Shown one piece after another: positions 48,263 through 57,027 of a DNA stretch of 64,000 nucleotides. The position numbers were made by a program, and so were the translations under genes. The notes under the pieces are model-generated. The model searched no databases, had not been told where the DNA came from, and worked only from the letters and a program-made list of their open reading frames with translations. Numbering within the stretch: position 1 is the stretch's first letter; every line of letters starts with the position of its first letter. Source of the stretch: Candidatus Omnitrophota bacterium (lineage in GTDB: Bacteria; Omnitrophota; Gorgyraeia; Gygaellales; UBA12090); the NCBI GenBank assembly GCA_030674475.1, contig JAUSCZ010000017.1, positions 110,755 through 174,754 on the forward strand, written 5' to 3'.

Positions 48263-49708
48263 TTATACTATTTTTACTTCTTCAACATGCGCGTTGGGCT
48301 CTATAGTGAAGCTGATTTTTGTCCGATAGCGCCTCTCTATGGTCTTAATGTGCTCTTCGTTTTCTTTGAGCAGATAATTCAAGAGATTAGGATTAAGGCT
48401 GACATGAAGCTCTCGCTTATCCGGATGTTCCGTAAGGGTTCTTTTCAATTCCTTGAGCACATACACGCACATAGCCGCGTTTGACTTTACCTTGCCCCTG
48501 CCCCGGCAATATGGGCAAGTCTCATAAGAAAGGCTCTCGATCGCCCGATAGACCCTTTCCCGGGTCATCTCTACCACCCCGAACTTAGAAATGCCGATGA
48601 TTTCGTATTTGGCCTTATCGTCCTTAAGGGAATTTTTTAATATCCTCAGGACTTCCCGGCGGTGGTCTTCCCTTTCCATATCAATAAAATCAATCACGAT
48701 AATCCCGCCTAAATCTCTTAATCTTAACTGCCTAGCGATTTCACCCGCGGCCTCGCTGTTAACCGCGAAGGCCATATGCTCGGGATCGTATTTCTTGCGG
48801 AATCTCCCGGAGTTGACATCAATCACCACCAGCCCCTCGGTCGGCTCAATAACCAGATACGCCCCGGATTTCAAATAGACATTGCGCTCATAGATTTTAT
48901 CCACCTGCTTTTCAATGCCCTTCTCGGTAAAGAGTTCCAGCCTTCCCCGGTGTAATTCTATATTTTTCAGCAGGTCGCGGGAAAAAACCTTCAAGAAATT
49001 ACATATCCGTTTAAACTCCTCTTTGGAATCAACAATCAACTTTGAAACTTCATCGTCAAACGAATCCCGGATTACCCTTAAGACTATGTCATAATCTTCG
49101 TAAATCAAGGCGGGGGCGGTGTTTCTCTGGGCAAAAGAGCTGATCCTGCGCCAAAGCTTAAACAGGAATAAGACATCGTGGTGCAGTTGGCGCTTATCTT
49201 TGCCTTCGGCCACGGTGCGAATAATATACCCTATGTCGGTAGGAAGTTTTATCTCCTCAAGCAGGCCTAAGAGCCTGGACCTTTCTTGCCTGTCCTCAAT
49301 CCGGCGGGAAAGCCCGCGATGGTCATCCTGAGGCATCAGCACTAAGTATCTTCCGGCCAGGCCGATATGGGTGGTTAGCCGCGGGCCCTTGGTGCTGATC
49401 GGCTCTTTAACCACCTGGACCAAGACCTCTTCCCCTTTTTTAAATTCTCTTTTTTTAGTCTCAACCGGAGCAATGGGCTCAATCGGCTCAACGATATCCG
49501 AGAGATAAAGAAAGCCTTTCTTCTCTAAGCCAATCTCCACAAAGGCCGCCCCGATTGAGGGCACAATACTATCAATCCTGCCCTTATAGATGTTGCCCAC
49601 GATTGTTTTATAAGAAGGCCGCTCAATATAATACTCATCAAGTATGCCATCCTTAACAATAGCCGCCCGCTTTTCCTGCATTTCCGTGTTAACTAAAATT
49701 TCTTTCAT
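48263..49708 (-). CDS. rng: Ribonuclease G/E-family endoribonuclease (Rng/CafA-like; S1 domain plus catalytic domain).
   Basis: An N-terminal S1 domain is present (GNIYKGRIDSIVPSIGAAFVEIG). Length is 481 aa, and a C-terminal Zn-link CPxCxGxG is present. Confidence 0.75.
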   Translation of the reverse strand: MKEILVNTEMQEKRAAIVKDGILDEYYIERPSYKTIVGNIYKGRIDSIVPSIGAAFVEIGLEKKGFLYLSDIVEPIEPIAPVETKKREFKKGEEVLVQVVKEPISTKGPRLTTHIGLAGRYLVLMPQDDHRGLSRRIEDRQERSRLLGLLEEIKLPTDIGYIIRTVAEGKDKRQLHHDVLFLFKLWRRISSFAQRNTAPALIYEDYDIVLRVIRDSFDDEVSKLIVDSKEEFKRICNFLKVFSRDLLKNIELHRGRLELFTEKGIEKQVDKIYERNVYLKSGAYLVIEPTEGLVVIDVNSGRFRKKYDPEHMAFAVNSEAAGEIARQLRLRDLGGIIVIDFIDMEREDHRREVLRILKNSLKDDKAKYEIIGISKFGVVEMTRERVYRAIESLSYETCPYCRGRGKVKSNAAMCVYVLKELKRTLTEHPDKRELHVSLNPNLLNYLLKENEEHIKTIERRYRTKISFTIEPNAHVEEVKIV

Positions 49709-50001
49709 ATAACTCCTATCTTAATGCCTTCCGGAAGCTGTTTTTGAAATCTTTCTTTGAATTCTTCGGGTTTCATATATTCACTCAAGGCGATTTTCGC
49801 CTCTTCATTTTCACTGGTCAGGCCCAATTTTAAGGCCCGCTTAATCACAATCTTAGGGTGTTTGCTGAAACCTTCGGAGACCGCGAAAGGAAGGTCCGCC
49901 CGGCGCAAGGCCCGGCCAAAAAGCCGGATCAGGTCAAGATGGGATATAAATCTGCTTAGACCTAATTTGGTAAAAGTAAATTCTGCTTGATAGATCATCA
50001 A
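49705..50001 (-). CDS. Small conserved hypothetical protein, possibly a DUF2344-like (radical-SAM-linked) fragment. It is co-located with rng.
   Basis: It is 98 aa and overlaps the rng start by 4 bp. The family call is tentative and from memory. Confidence 0.3.
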   Translation of the reverse strand: MMIYQAEFTFTKLGLSRFISHLDLIRLFGRALRRADLPFAVSEGFSKHPKIVIKRALKLGLTSENEEAKIALSEYMKPEEFKERFQKQLPEGIKIGVI

Positions 50002-50260
50002 ACTAACCTTCCAGCGAGCCTGCGAGGTTCGTATGGTTCAAATTTAACTAAGGTAGCTTCTTAGGATTTTATTACGGCAAGATACTAGATAGTTAACGCT
50101 GAAAAACCCGTCATTCAGACTGTATCACAATAGTAAAATGCGTGTCATTGCGAACCTCGAAGGGGTGAAGCAATCCCGTTTTTTGAGATTGCCGCGTCGC
50201 CTAACGGCTCCTCGCAATGACACAAAAATGGGGGTTTTCAGTATAAACTAAATAGGCGGA

Positions 50261-51910
50261 TTATTTCTTAGTCTTTTTCTTCTTTTTTGGTTCAAACGTA
50301 TTCAGTCTTTCCTCTAAAGTCGCGATATAGGCGTCGCTAAATTCTTCCTCCCTTATAACCCGCGCGGTAATAAATATTAAAAGGTCTATCTTTTCAGTAT
50401 CATTGGTCTCGCGTTGAAAAAGCAGTCCCAATAAAGGAATCTTTCCTAAAAACGGGACTCCTATCTTGCTTTTGGTCTTGACATCTTTAAGCAGTCCGCC
50501 GATGACTACAGTTTCCCCGTCTTTAAGGAGTATCTGGGTTTCCACCTCGCGGGTATTTATAATCGGATACTTAGATAACACAACCCCGGACTCTGTCTTG
50601 GACTCCACATTCTCATTGGAAGAAGTTACCGCGGGATGGATTATCATATTAATGTAATCCTTATCACATATCTGGGGCACCACATTAAGCTGGATTCCGA
50701 TATCCTGATACCTATCCAGGGTTGAGCCGGTAACCTGGTTGGTTTGAGTCGAAATACTGGTAGTGATTAAGGGGAATTTTTGCCCAACTAAAATCGTTGC
50801 CTCCTGGTTATTCAGGGTCATAATCCGGGGAGCGGACAAAATATTAGTGTCCACGTCTTCCTCCAGGGCGTGCAGAATTATCTCAAGCTGGGACCCGGTC
50901 AATTTTCTATAAGCCAGTTTTAAGCCGGTATTTGCTGAGGTAAGGCTGGTCTTAGGAGTAAAAGTTGTCGGAGTAACTAAGTCGCTTAACACATGCCCGC
51001 CGATCCGGCTGTTATCAAATCCACCAGCGTTTTTTCCCACGGGGACATAACTAAGCGTCGAGCTGGAGGCCCCGCTTGAACCGGTTCCCCAATCAATGCC
51101 GAGATCCCTGAGGTGATCCTTATTAGCCTCAATAATCTTGGCCTCAATCAATACCTGCTGAGGCTTGACGTCTATAGCAACTATCATCTTCTTTATTTTA
51201 TCTATGACCGGAGGCACATCGGTAATAATAACCGTCTTGGAGAGGGAAATTCTGTCATCCTTAGACCTTTTCCTCTTTCCGGTATCATCTGTCTTGCCAA
51301 ACGCCCATCCGGCCTGTCCGGTAGTCTCCAGAACCGTAATCTGGCCCCGGGAGGAAAGCTGAGGCTCAATCGCGTTTTTGGCATCCTGGGCATCGATGTA
51401 TTTAAGGGTAAATACCTCGGTCGCCGTAGGCTGAACCTGGTTGAGCTCCACCTCCTGTTTTTTCTGTTCGGTCAATTTCTCCAATGGCGCGACCATAATA
51501 ATATTTTCCCTCTGCTCATACCCATAGCTGTAAGCACTGATAATTGTCTTCAGAGCGTCTTTCCAGGAAACATCAACTAAGCGGATAGTTACTGTCCCGG
51601 TTACCTCGGGACTAGTAACTATATTTACTCCGGCTTTTAAGGCAATCACCTTGAGCACATTGTGGATATCCGCGTCTTTAAAATCAATGGTAATTTTGCC
51701 GGGAAGAAGCTCTTCTTTTACCGGAACAACTGTAGATTGAGCAATGGCGGGGATAGTATTCTCTGAATTGGGGCTTGCTGGCGCAACCTGCGCCGCTAAA
51801 GGCTCCTGCGCGTCCACAAAACCGATTAAGCGCGCCAAAAACGCCGCGCCTAAAGCGAGCATAACGACTAACACTCTTTTCACCACTATTATACCGCGCT
51901 CCTTCATCAA
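50261..51910 (-). CDS. pilQ: Type IV pilus secretin PilQ.
   Basis: There is a signal peptide. The secretin C-domain contains LNNQEATILVGQKFP. There is an AMIN/N0-type N-terminal region. Confidence 0.75.
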   Translation of the reverse strand: MMKERGIIVVKRVLVVMLALGAAFLARLIGFVDAQEPLAAQVAPASPNSENTIPAIAQSTVVPVKEELLPGKITIDFKDADIHNVLKVIALKAGVNIVTSPEVTGTVTIRLVDVSWKDALKTIISAYSYGYEQRENIIMVAPLEKLTEQKKQEVELNQVQPTATEVFTLKYIDAQDAKNAIEPQLSSRGQITVLETTGQAGWAFGKTDDTGKRKRSKDDRISLSKTVIITDVPPVIDKIKKMIVAIDVKPQQVLIEAKIIEANKDHLRDLGIDWGTGSSGASSSTLSYVPVGKNAGGFDNSRIGGHVLSDLVTPTTFTPKTSLTSANTGLKLAYRKLTGSQLEIILHALEEDVDTNILSAPRIMTLNNQEATILVGQKFPLITTSISTQTNQVTGSTLDRYQDIGIQLNVVPQICDKDYINMIIHPAVTSSNENVESKTESGVVLSKYPIINTREVETQILLKDGETVVIGGLLKDVKTKSKIGVPFLGKIPLLGLLFQRETNDTEKIDLLIFITARVIREEEFSDAYIATLEERLNTFEPKKKKKTKK

Positions 51911-52311
51911 TCCTCCTTTTTTAATTCAATCTCAAGCTTTTCACTACCCTTTAGAAATATGACCTTTTCCGGATGTATTTCTAAAACTTGATAACCGCCG
52001 CTAGTATCCCCAACCTTTATAACCTCTCCGCTAACCACAGCGTAAGATGAACCGCCAGCCTCATAGATAATTCCTTCTATCTGAGGCCTTCCTTCACTGC
52101 CCTTAACAATTTGCGGCTCTAAGACCCGGCCGTCAGGACTAACCAAAGGCAAGAATGGGTCTCTTCTATCTTGAGCCTCATACACAAAAACCTTGCGCTG
52201 TTCAGGCTCCGCCGCCAGACAAGCCTTGGGTAAAAATGTGGCCGCGTAAAGATATGTAATTATAGCAAAAAAACGCCTAAAAAAGAAGCACTTATTTTTA
52301 TCTGATAACAT
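51907..52311 (-). CDS. pilP: Pilus assembly protein PilP-like.
   Basis: The conserved RDPFLP motif is present. It has a lipoprotein-like N-terminus, and its position is between pilO and pilQ. Confidence 0.5.
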   Translation of the reverse strand: MLSDKNKCFFFRRFFAIITYLYAATFLPKACLAAEPEQRKVFVYEAQDRRDPFLPLVSPDGRVLEPQIVKGSEGRPQIEGIIYEAGGSSYAVVSGEVIKVGDTSGGYQVLEIHPEKVIFLKGSEKLEIELKKED

Positions 52312-52392
52312 AGGAAATTATATCTGATAAGATTCTTCGCATAGCTCAGAATCAAGTAAAATCTAATTGCCAGAGGCAGATTTTATTTGACA
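52309..52392. repeat. Right copy of the 84-bp inverted repeat. It is the native pilO-pilP junction, running from the pilO stop to the pilP start codon.
   Basis: It is the reverse-complement match of 5106-5189 at 80 of 84 positions. It starts exactly at the pilP ATG (CAT on the plus strand) and ends within pilO's last codons. Confidence 0.7.
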
Positions 52393-52958
52393 TATACCCT
52401 CAAGGTAAGCGATGTCTTTTGTTTGGCGAGGTCCAAATTATCCCGAACTATCTTTAAACCCGAAACCGCGATTAAAGGATTCTCTTCCAGCCGACTCAAA
52501 AATTTTCCCAACTGATGATACCCCGAACTAAGTTCTGTCTTTAATTCTATAGGCTGAAGTTTAAATCCGGAAATTTCAGCTGATGGCTCCGTCTTATCCT
52601 TGCTGAGAGAGGCTTGAGATTGCGGATTAATCTGGAGAATCTTTACTCCGCAAAGATGCGCCTTTCGCGAAATATCATCCAAAAGTAAAGACATATTCGC
52701 GTCCCCGAAAACCATATTCTCCATAATCAGGCTTTTTTCCTTTATTGCCTCCAAATCATTTTGCAGGCCCTGCGTATCAGCTCCATATCCTTTATACTCA
52801 GCCAAGTCCTTTTTCGCGGTTTTAAGTTTGGCGGAAATACTTTTAAGGCTTTTAGTTTGAGAACCCAGGATAAAAACGCAATCTATATACAAAAATAACG
52901 CTATGCCGAGGGCAATCAAAATATTCTTTTTCAGCTTCGGGCTTAATTCTTTAGGCAT
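52383..52958 (-). CDS. pilO: Pilus assembly protein PilO-like.
   Basis: It has a single N-terminal TM helix and a coiled-coil region. Its position is between pilN and pilP. Confidence 0.5.
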   Translation of the reverse strand: MPKELSPKLKKNILIALGIALFLYIDCVFILGSQTKSLKSISAKLKTAKKDLAEYKGYGADTQGLQNDLEAIKEKSLIMENMVFGDANMSLLLDDISRKAHLCGVKILQINPQSQASLSKDKTEPSAEISGFKLQPIELKTELSSGYHQLGKFLSRLEENPLIAVSGLKIVRDNLDLAKQKTSLTLRVYVK

Positions 52959-52960
52959 AG

Positions 52961-53581
52961 CTATTTTGATTTCTTTTTTTTGTTGGTCTCTTTTTTCTTG
53001 ACCGGGGGATCAACCTTGGGTTTTTTTGAATTTATATTCCACTCGGCTATTTCCGTGGGCCCGAGTTTTTTTCTCTGAACCGAACCCAGCTCTAAACTGC
53101 TAAAGGCCCGGGCCGAGTCCTTATTGGATTTAAGGACATTCAGGAATTGGCCGATTTGAGTCATCTCTGATGAAGAAACGGAAAAACATTTTCCTTTTAT
53201 TTCCCAATTCTCTCCGGAAAAAAGAACTTCATCCAGCCATACGCCTTGCGGCAGACCGTCGCTTACCGCGTTTAATTTGGGAGCGATACTAAGCCGAGAT
53301 GAATACATACCGGAAAATAACTTCTCCAGCGCTTTATGCTTGGCGCTCTCTTCTCTTATCCGGTCAATCTGCTTTCTTTGGGGGGCAATATTGTCCAAGG
53401 CTTTGCTAGCCTGTTTTAGCCTTAGGCTCTTGGCAAGGACAAGCGCGGGAATAAGTATGTTAGGCAGAATAACTACAGAAATACCTAAGGCAACTATTTT
53501 CTTTAGAAACCCCTGGGGAAGATTGAACGCGGTTTTTTGGCCGCGGCGTAATTCTTTGGGTAGAAGATTTATCTCAATCAT
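52961..53581 (-). CDS. pilN: Type IV pilus assembly protein PilN.
   Basis: The N-terminus is MIEINLLPKELRR, and there is a single TM helix. Confidence 0.65.
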   Translation of the reverse strand: MIEINLLPKELRRGQKTAFNLPQGFLKKIVALGISVVILPNILIPALVLAKSLRLKQASKALDNIAPQRKQIDRIREESAKHKALEKLFSGMYSSRLSIAPKLNAVSDGLPQGVWLDEVLFSGENWEIKGKCFSVSSSEMTQIGQFLNVLKSNKDSARAFSSLELGSVQRKKLGPTEIAEWNINSKKPKVDPPVKKKETNKKKKSK

Positions 53582-54510
53582 CTTAACGCGAGGCCTAAAG
53601 CTACGGTAAAAATATTTTTCTTAGGTTTAAATTCTTCTAAATTCAGATTCTGATCAACCGCTACTCCGGAAAGGATATCAAAACTATCCACCGGTAAATT
53701 CAACTGATGACTCAAAAAATTCAACGTATCCTGAGAATAACTTCCCCCCCCGCTTAACAATAACTTCTCCACCGGCCTGCCATTTTGATTTTCATAATAA
53801 TCAATAGAAGTGGTGATTTCAGCAGACAGGCCGGCCAGGGCCGAGCCCTTCACCCCAAAGGAAATATCCCGGCTAAACCTCAAGGCTCCGCTGTCAATAA
53901 TCGCCATATTAGTAGTCTGGGCCCCGATATTAAGCAAGGCTATGGTTTTTTCTTTGACTGAAGCATCCGAGACGCGATAGCTTTTAGCAAAGATGTTAGC
54001 CAGGCAAAAACAATCTACATCAATAATTTTAGGGACAAATCCGGCCTTCTCTAATAAGCCCAGACGCTCCTGAAGGATTACTTTCTTGATTGCCGCCAAG
54101 ACAATCAGCATCTTGCTATTTTCAAAATTATCTTTTATTATGGCGCAGTCTAAAACCACTTCCTCCAAAGGAAAAGGAATATATTCTTTGGCCTCAAATT
54201 GCATCGCGTTTTTAAGCTCATTCATAGTCATCCTGGGCCAGCTAAGATAACGCGTTACCACCGACTGTCCGGAAACCGAAATATTAACCTGGCGTCCGGC
54301 TAATTTCTGGGATTTTAAAAAATCGCTGAGTGAGTTTCCCAAATCCGCGCCCGGGGTCAGCTCCACATAAGAAAATCTCTTGAGAATCTTTTCTTTGCCT
54401 TTTTTTTCCAACTCAATCAACTTAAGGCTGGAACTTCCGATGTCTAAGCCGATGGAAGGCTCCTGTTTAAGCAAAAAATCGGGGATTTTAATTTTCTTTA
54501 AGAAATCCAT
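53578..54510 (-). CDS. pilM: Type IV pilus assembly ATPase-fold protein PilM.
   Basis: An actin-like fold is present, with the N-terminal IGLDIGSSSLKLIE motif. Confidence 0.75.
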   Translation of the reverse strand: MDFLKKIKIPDFLLKQEPSIGLDIGSSSLKLIELEKKGKEKILKRFSYVELTPGADLGNSLSDFLKSQKLAGRQVNISVSGQSVVTRYLSWPRMTMNELKNAMQFEAKEYIPFPLEEVVLDCAIIKDNFENSKMLIVLAAIKKVILQERLGLLEKAGFVPKIIDVDCFCLANIFAKSYRVSDASVKEKTIALLNIGAQTTNMAIIDSGALRFSRDISFGVKGSALAGLSAEITTSIDYYENQNGRPVEKLLLSGGGSYSQDTLNFLSHQLNLPVDSFDILSGVAVDQNLNLEEFKPKKNIFTVALGLALR

Positions 54511-54589
54511 TTCATAAAATTATACGCTGATTGCCGCTTTAACGCAAGGATTTTCATAAGTAATCTCGGGATAGCGGCATAAATGCCGC

Positions 54590-54795
54590 CGCTACCTATG
54601 CCTGTAGCGGTGCGATTTATCGCACCCTTAAGCCGCTTAGGCAAGCTGTATAAATTTACAGTTCGGATAGGCTGGACATTCTTGTCGTGCCACCGGGGCG
54701 GGGTTACCTGCCTTGCCGACAGGCAGGGAAAACCCAGTCTATCCGGCTTTCAATATAGGGGCAGGTTCTGAACCTGCCCCTACTGAACGATTATT
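54590..54795 (+). ncRNA. Candidate small structured RNA. A family-1 palindrome at 54606-54627 is followed by nested stems and a terminator-like hairpin AGGGGCAGGTT-CTG-AACCTGCCCCT followed by a T-rich run.
   Basis: GGATAGGCTGG at 54662-54672 pairs with CCAGTCTATCC at 54745-54756. The inner hairpin is ACCTGCC-TTGCCGAC-AGGCAGG. The terminal hairpin is at 54759-54783, followed by ACTGAACGATTATTTT. Confidence 0.3.
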
Positions 54796-54801
54796 TTAGA
54801 A

Positions 54802-55818
54802 TTAATCAAGGCCATAGGGATTCTGGGTGTCATCCCAGGAGGTTATCTGCGGAGTGCCCACCAAATTCAGAGCCTCTATCGCGTCCATATAGGCCTGATT
54901 ATAGGTAACATTGGCGTTTCCGTTTAGCTCGGCTTCTTCTCCCGCCCAAACCCCGCCGTTTACGTTTAAATTTCCCGCTCCTCCGTTAACATCAAAGTCA
55001 CCGCGGGTGTAAATCACGCCTTCAATCGTCCCGACTCCATTAACGCTGGCTTCTTCCACGGCATCCGGATTAGTAAGCACATCACCAACCACCACAAAAA
55101 AACCTCCCACGGTTCCGATGTTTCCATTAAGGCTTAAGTCTCCCTCAATATACACAATATTAGGCACTCCGGCCGAATACCAAAAAGAACTGGGGAAGGC
55201 TTCACTTCCGGTTGCCTGGTTAACCAGTTTAGGGCCGTCTTCCACATACACATTATTCTGGGCACTGCTTAAATCGCGCAGCTCCTGAAAATCAAAACGA
55301 GCCAAAGGGGTTATTGAAGAATCTTCGGTTACTGTTCCGGTTATATGATTTTGCGAATACTCAAGCTCATCTCCATAAATCACATTTCCGTTAACCGTAT
55401 AGGAGTTTCCATTTAAATCCACCTCTCCTGCCGAGTAGATGGCGTTATCGTAAAAATTAGCAGGGATGTCTTTGGATATTTCTACCTGAATCGCCCGGCT
55501 GGAGCGCGGAGCGCCGCCGGAAGGAACCTCGCCGGTTGAGACCACAATTTTATCCGAGCCACTAGTGCTTATCTGCGCGGAGAACTCCCCGGCTCCGAGT
55601 TCAGTGGCGCTGACCGAGGTAGCGTCATAATCATTTCTTAGCGCGTATAATGCCTGGTTTACGCCGGCCTCAGCCAGCCAAAAAGCCTGGGTAGACTCAA
55701 CATACTGCTGGGCCAAAGAGCGTTCAGAAACGCTTTTATTAAATATGGCCACACCCAAAATGGTTAATACCACTATAACCAAAAAGATATAGATTAAAAC
55801 CGCTCCTTTTTTATCCAT
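54802..55818 (-). CDS. PilX N-terminal domain-containing pilus assembly protein.
   Basis: The N-terminal TM helix plus ...AFWLAEAGVNQALYAL matches the PilX_N pattern. Confidence 0.55.
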   Translation of the reverse strand: MDKKGAVLIYIFLVIVVLTILGVAIFNKSVSERSLAQQYVESTQAFWLAEAGVNQALYALRNDYDATSVSATELGAGEFSAQISTSGSDKIVVSTGEVPSGGAPRSSRAIQVEISKDIPANFYDNAIYSAGEVDLNGNSYTVNGNVIYGDELEYSQNHITGTVTEDSSITPLARFDFQELRDLSSAQNNVYVEDGPKLVNQATGSEAFPSSFWYSAGVPNIVYIEGDLSLNGNIGTVGGFFVVVGDVLTNPDAVEEASVNGVGTIEGVIYTRGDFDVNGGAGNLNVNGGVWAGEEAELNGNANVTYNQAYMDAIEALNLVGTPQITSWDDTQNPYGLD

Positions 55819-56365
55819 TTCTTAACCTCACCTGTTCTTTGAGGGAAAAATTCAAATCCGCGCCGTAAACCGATTTTCCCAAATCCAACTGAATAATAAG
55901 GACATCACCGCTCAGAGAAAAATTAACCGTTTCCACATCCCCGGACAATATCTTTTCAGTTCCCGCGGGATATTCCCGGATAAGTTGATTACTTTCTAGA
56001 TAATAACTAATCGTTCCCCCTGCCTCAACTGTGGTAAAGTCTAATTGCGCGCTATTGCCGCCGTCAGCAGGCTGGGTAATGCCCGCGGAACTGCTCTCCC
56101 TGACTTCCCGAATCATTCCATCCATAGCCAGGCGCGCCTGCTGTTGAAGCTCAACCTTACCCACATCCGAATGCCAAGCCTTTTGTCCGATGGTAAGCAC
56201 TGATAAAATAGCCATCGCCAATATGCTGAAGATCAAAACGCTGACCATAGTCTCGGCAAAGGTAAACCCCGTTAGAGATAGGTCGCCTTTAGGCGACCGT
56301 CTATAGCTACCCGTTATCTCTAACGGGGTAAAACCTTTATTCGTGATTTGTATTTTAGGCATCAA
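55811..56365 (-). CDS. Minor pseudopilin (prepilin-type N-terminal cleavage/methylation domain) with a duplicated cleavage motif.
   Basis: Both KGFTPLEI and LSLTGFTFAE precede the hydrophobic helix. They are encoded by the arms of an inverted-repeat cassette at 56258-56345. Confidence 0.55.
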   Translation of the reverse strand: MMPKIQITNKGFTPLEITGSYRRSPKGDLSLTGFTFAETMVSVLIFSILAMAILSVLTIGQKAWHSDVGKVELQQQARLAMDGMIREVRESSSAGITQPADGGNSAQLDFTTVEAGGTISYYLESNQLIREYPAGTEKILSGDVETVNFSLSGDVLIIQLDLGKSVYGADLNFSLKEQVRLRNG

Positions 56366-56912
56366 TATCGGTAAAAAGACTGGTTAAGCTTATAGTTTGG
56401 GCTCCCCCTAAGCGGTCCTGCCAGGAAACAGTTACTAAGACCCCCGCGGGATCCCCGGAAGCAGAAACTGTTGTTTCAATAGCCTCACTCTTTAAGACCG
56501 GCAGATTTTCGTTTTCTATTTCTGTCTCATCCCAATTCCAATTCCCGGCATTAATATTAGTCTCAATAGCATCAAAATTCGTATTTTTTATCTCCTCCAG
56601 CACAAACTGGGCCTGAGCTATGGCTGTAGCGCGATTACGGCTGGATTCATTCAAAAGCATACAACTGATAAAAAGAGACAGCAGTCCGGCTAAAGCGAAT
56701 ACCAAGATCGCCGCGGCCAAAATAACCTCAGCCAGGGTAAACCCCGTTAAAGACATCCTATCGCTTGCTAATTTCACTATAGTCTTTAATGGGGTAAACC
56801 CCGTTAGAGATAGGTTGCTAAAGGCAACCGTCGGACACCTTCGGTGTCCTATCTCTAACGGGGTGAACCCCTTGTTATTCAGCAAGTTACGCAAATTAAG
56901 CCTCTTATTCAT
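56355..56912 (-). CDS. Minor pseudopilin (prepilin-type N-terminal domain) with a triplicated cleavage motif.
   Basis: KGFTPLEI, SLTGFTPLKTI and SLTGFTLAEV precede the TM helix. They are encoded by repeat arms at 56744-56871. Confidence 0.55.
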   Translation of the reverse strand: MNKRLNLRNLLNNKGFTPLEIGHRRCPTVAFSNLSLTGFTPLKTIVKLASDRMSLTGFTLAEVILAAAILVFALAGLLSLFISCMLLNESSRNRATAIAQAQFVLEEIKNTNFDAIETNINAGNWNWDETEIENENLPVLKSEAIETTVSASGDPAGVLVTVSWQDRLGGAQTISLTSLFTDIDA

Positions 56913-57027
56913 AGTATATAATTATACGCTGAACACTCCATTCCGGCAAGGATTTTTAAACAAATGGGGGAGCTTGCGCCCCCCCACCTACACTGCTCTG
57001 CTATTGACAAAAAAAATCAAATCAACT

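Noticed and set aside
5106-52392. Composite transposon or genomic island bounded by the 84-bp inverted repeats.
   Set aside because: No transposase, integrase or tRNA is present. The interior contains core genes (rpsA, tyrS, obg, proAB). An inversion or duplication footprint is more likely.
54650-54760. Possible cobalamin riboswitch (AGGGAA and GCCAC-like strings near many B12-dependent genes).
   Set aside because: The B12-box-like GCCACCGG precedes rather than follows the GGGAA element, and the GGTGAAA core is absent. The order and spacing do not fit RF00174.
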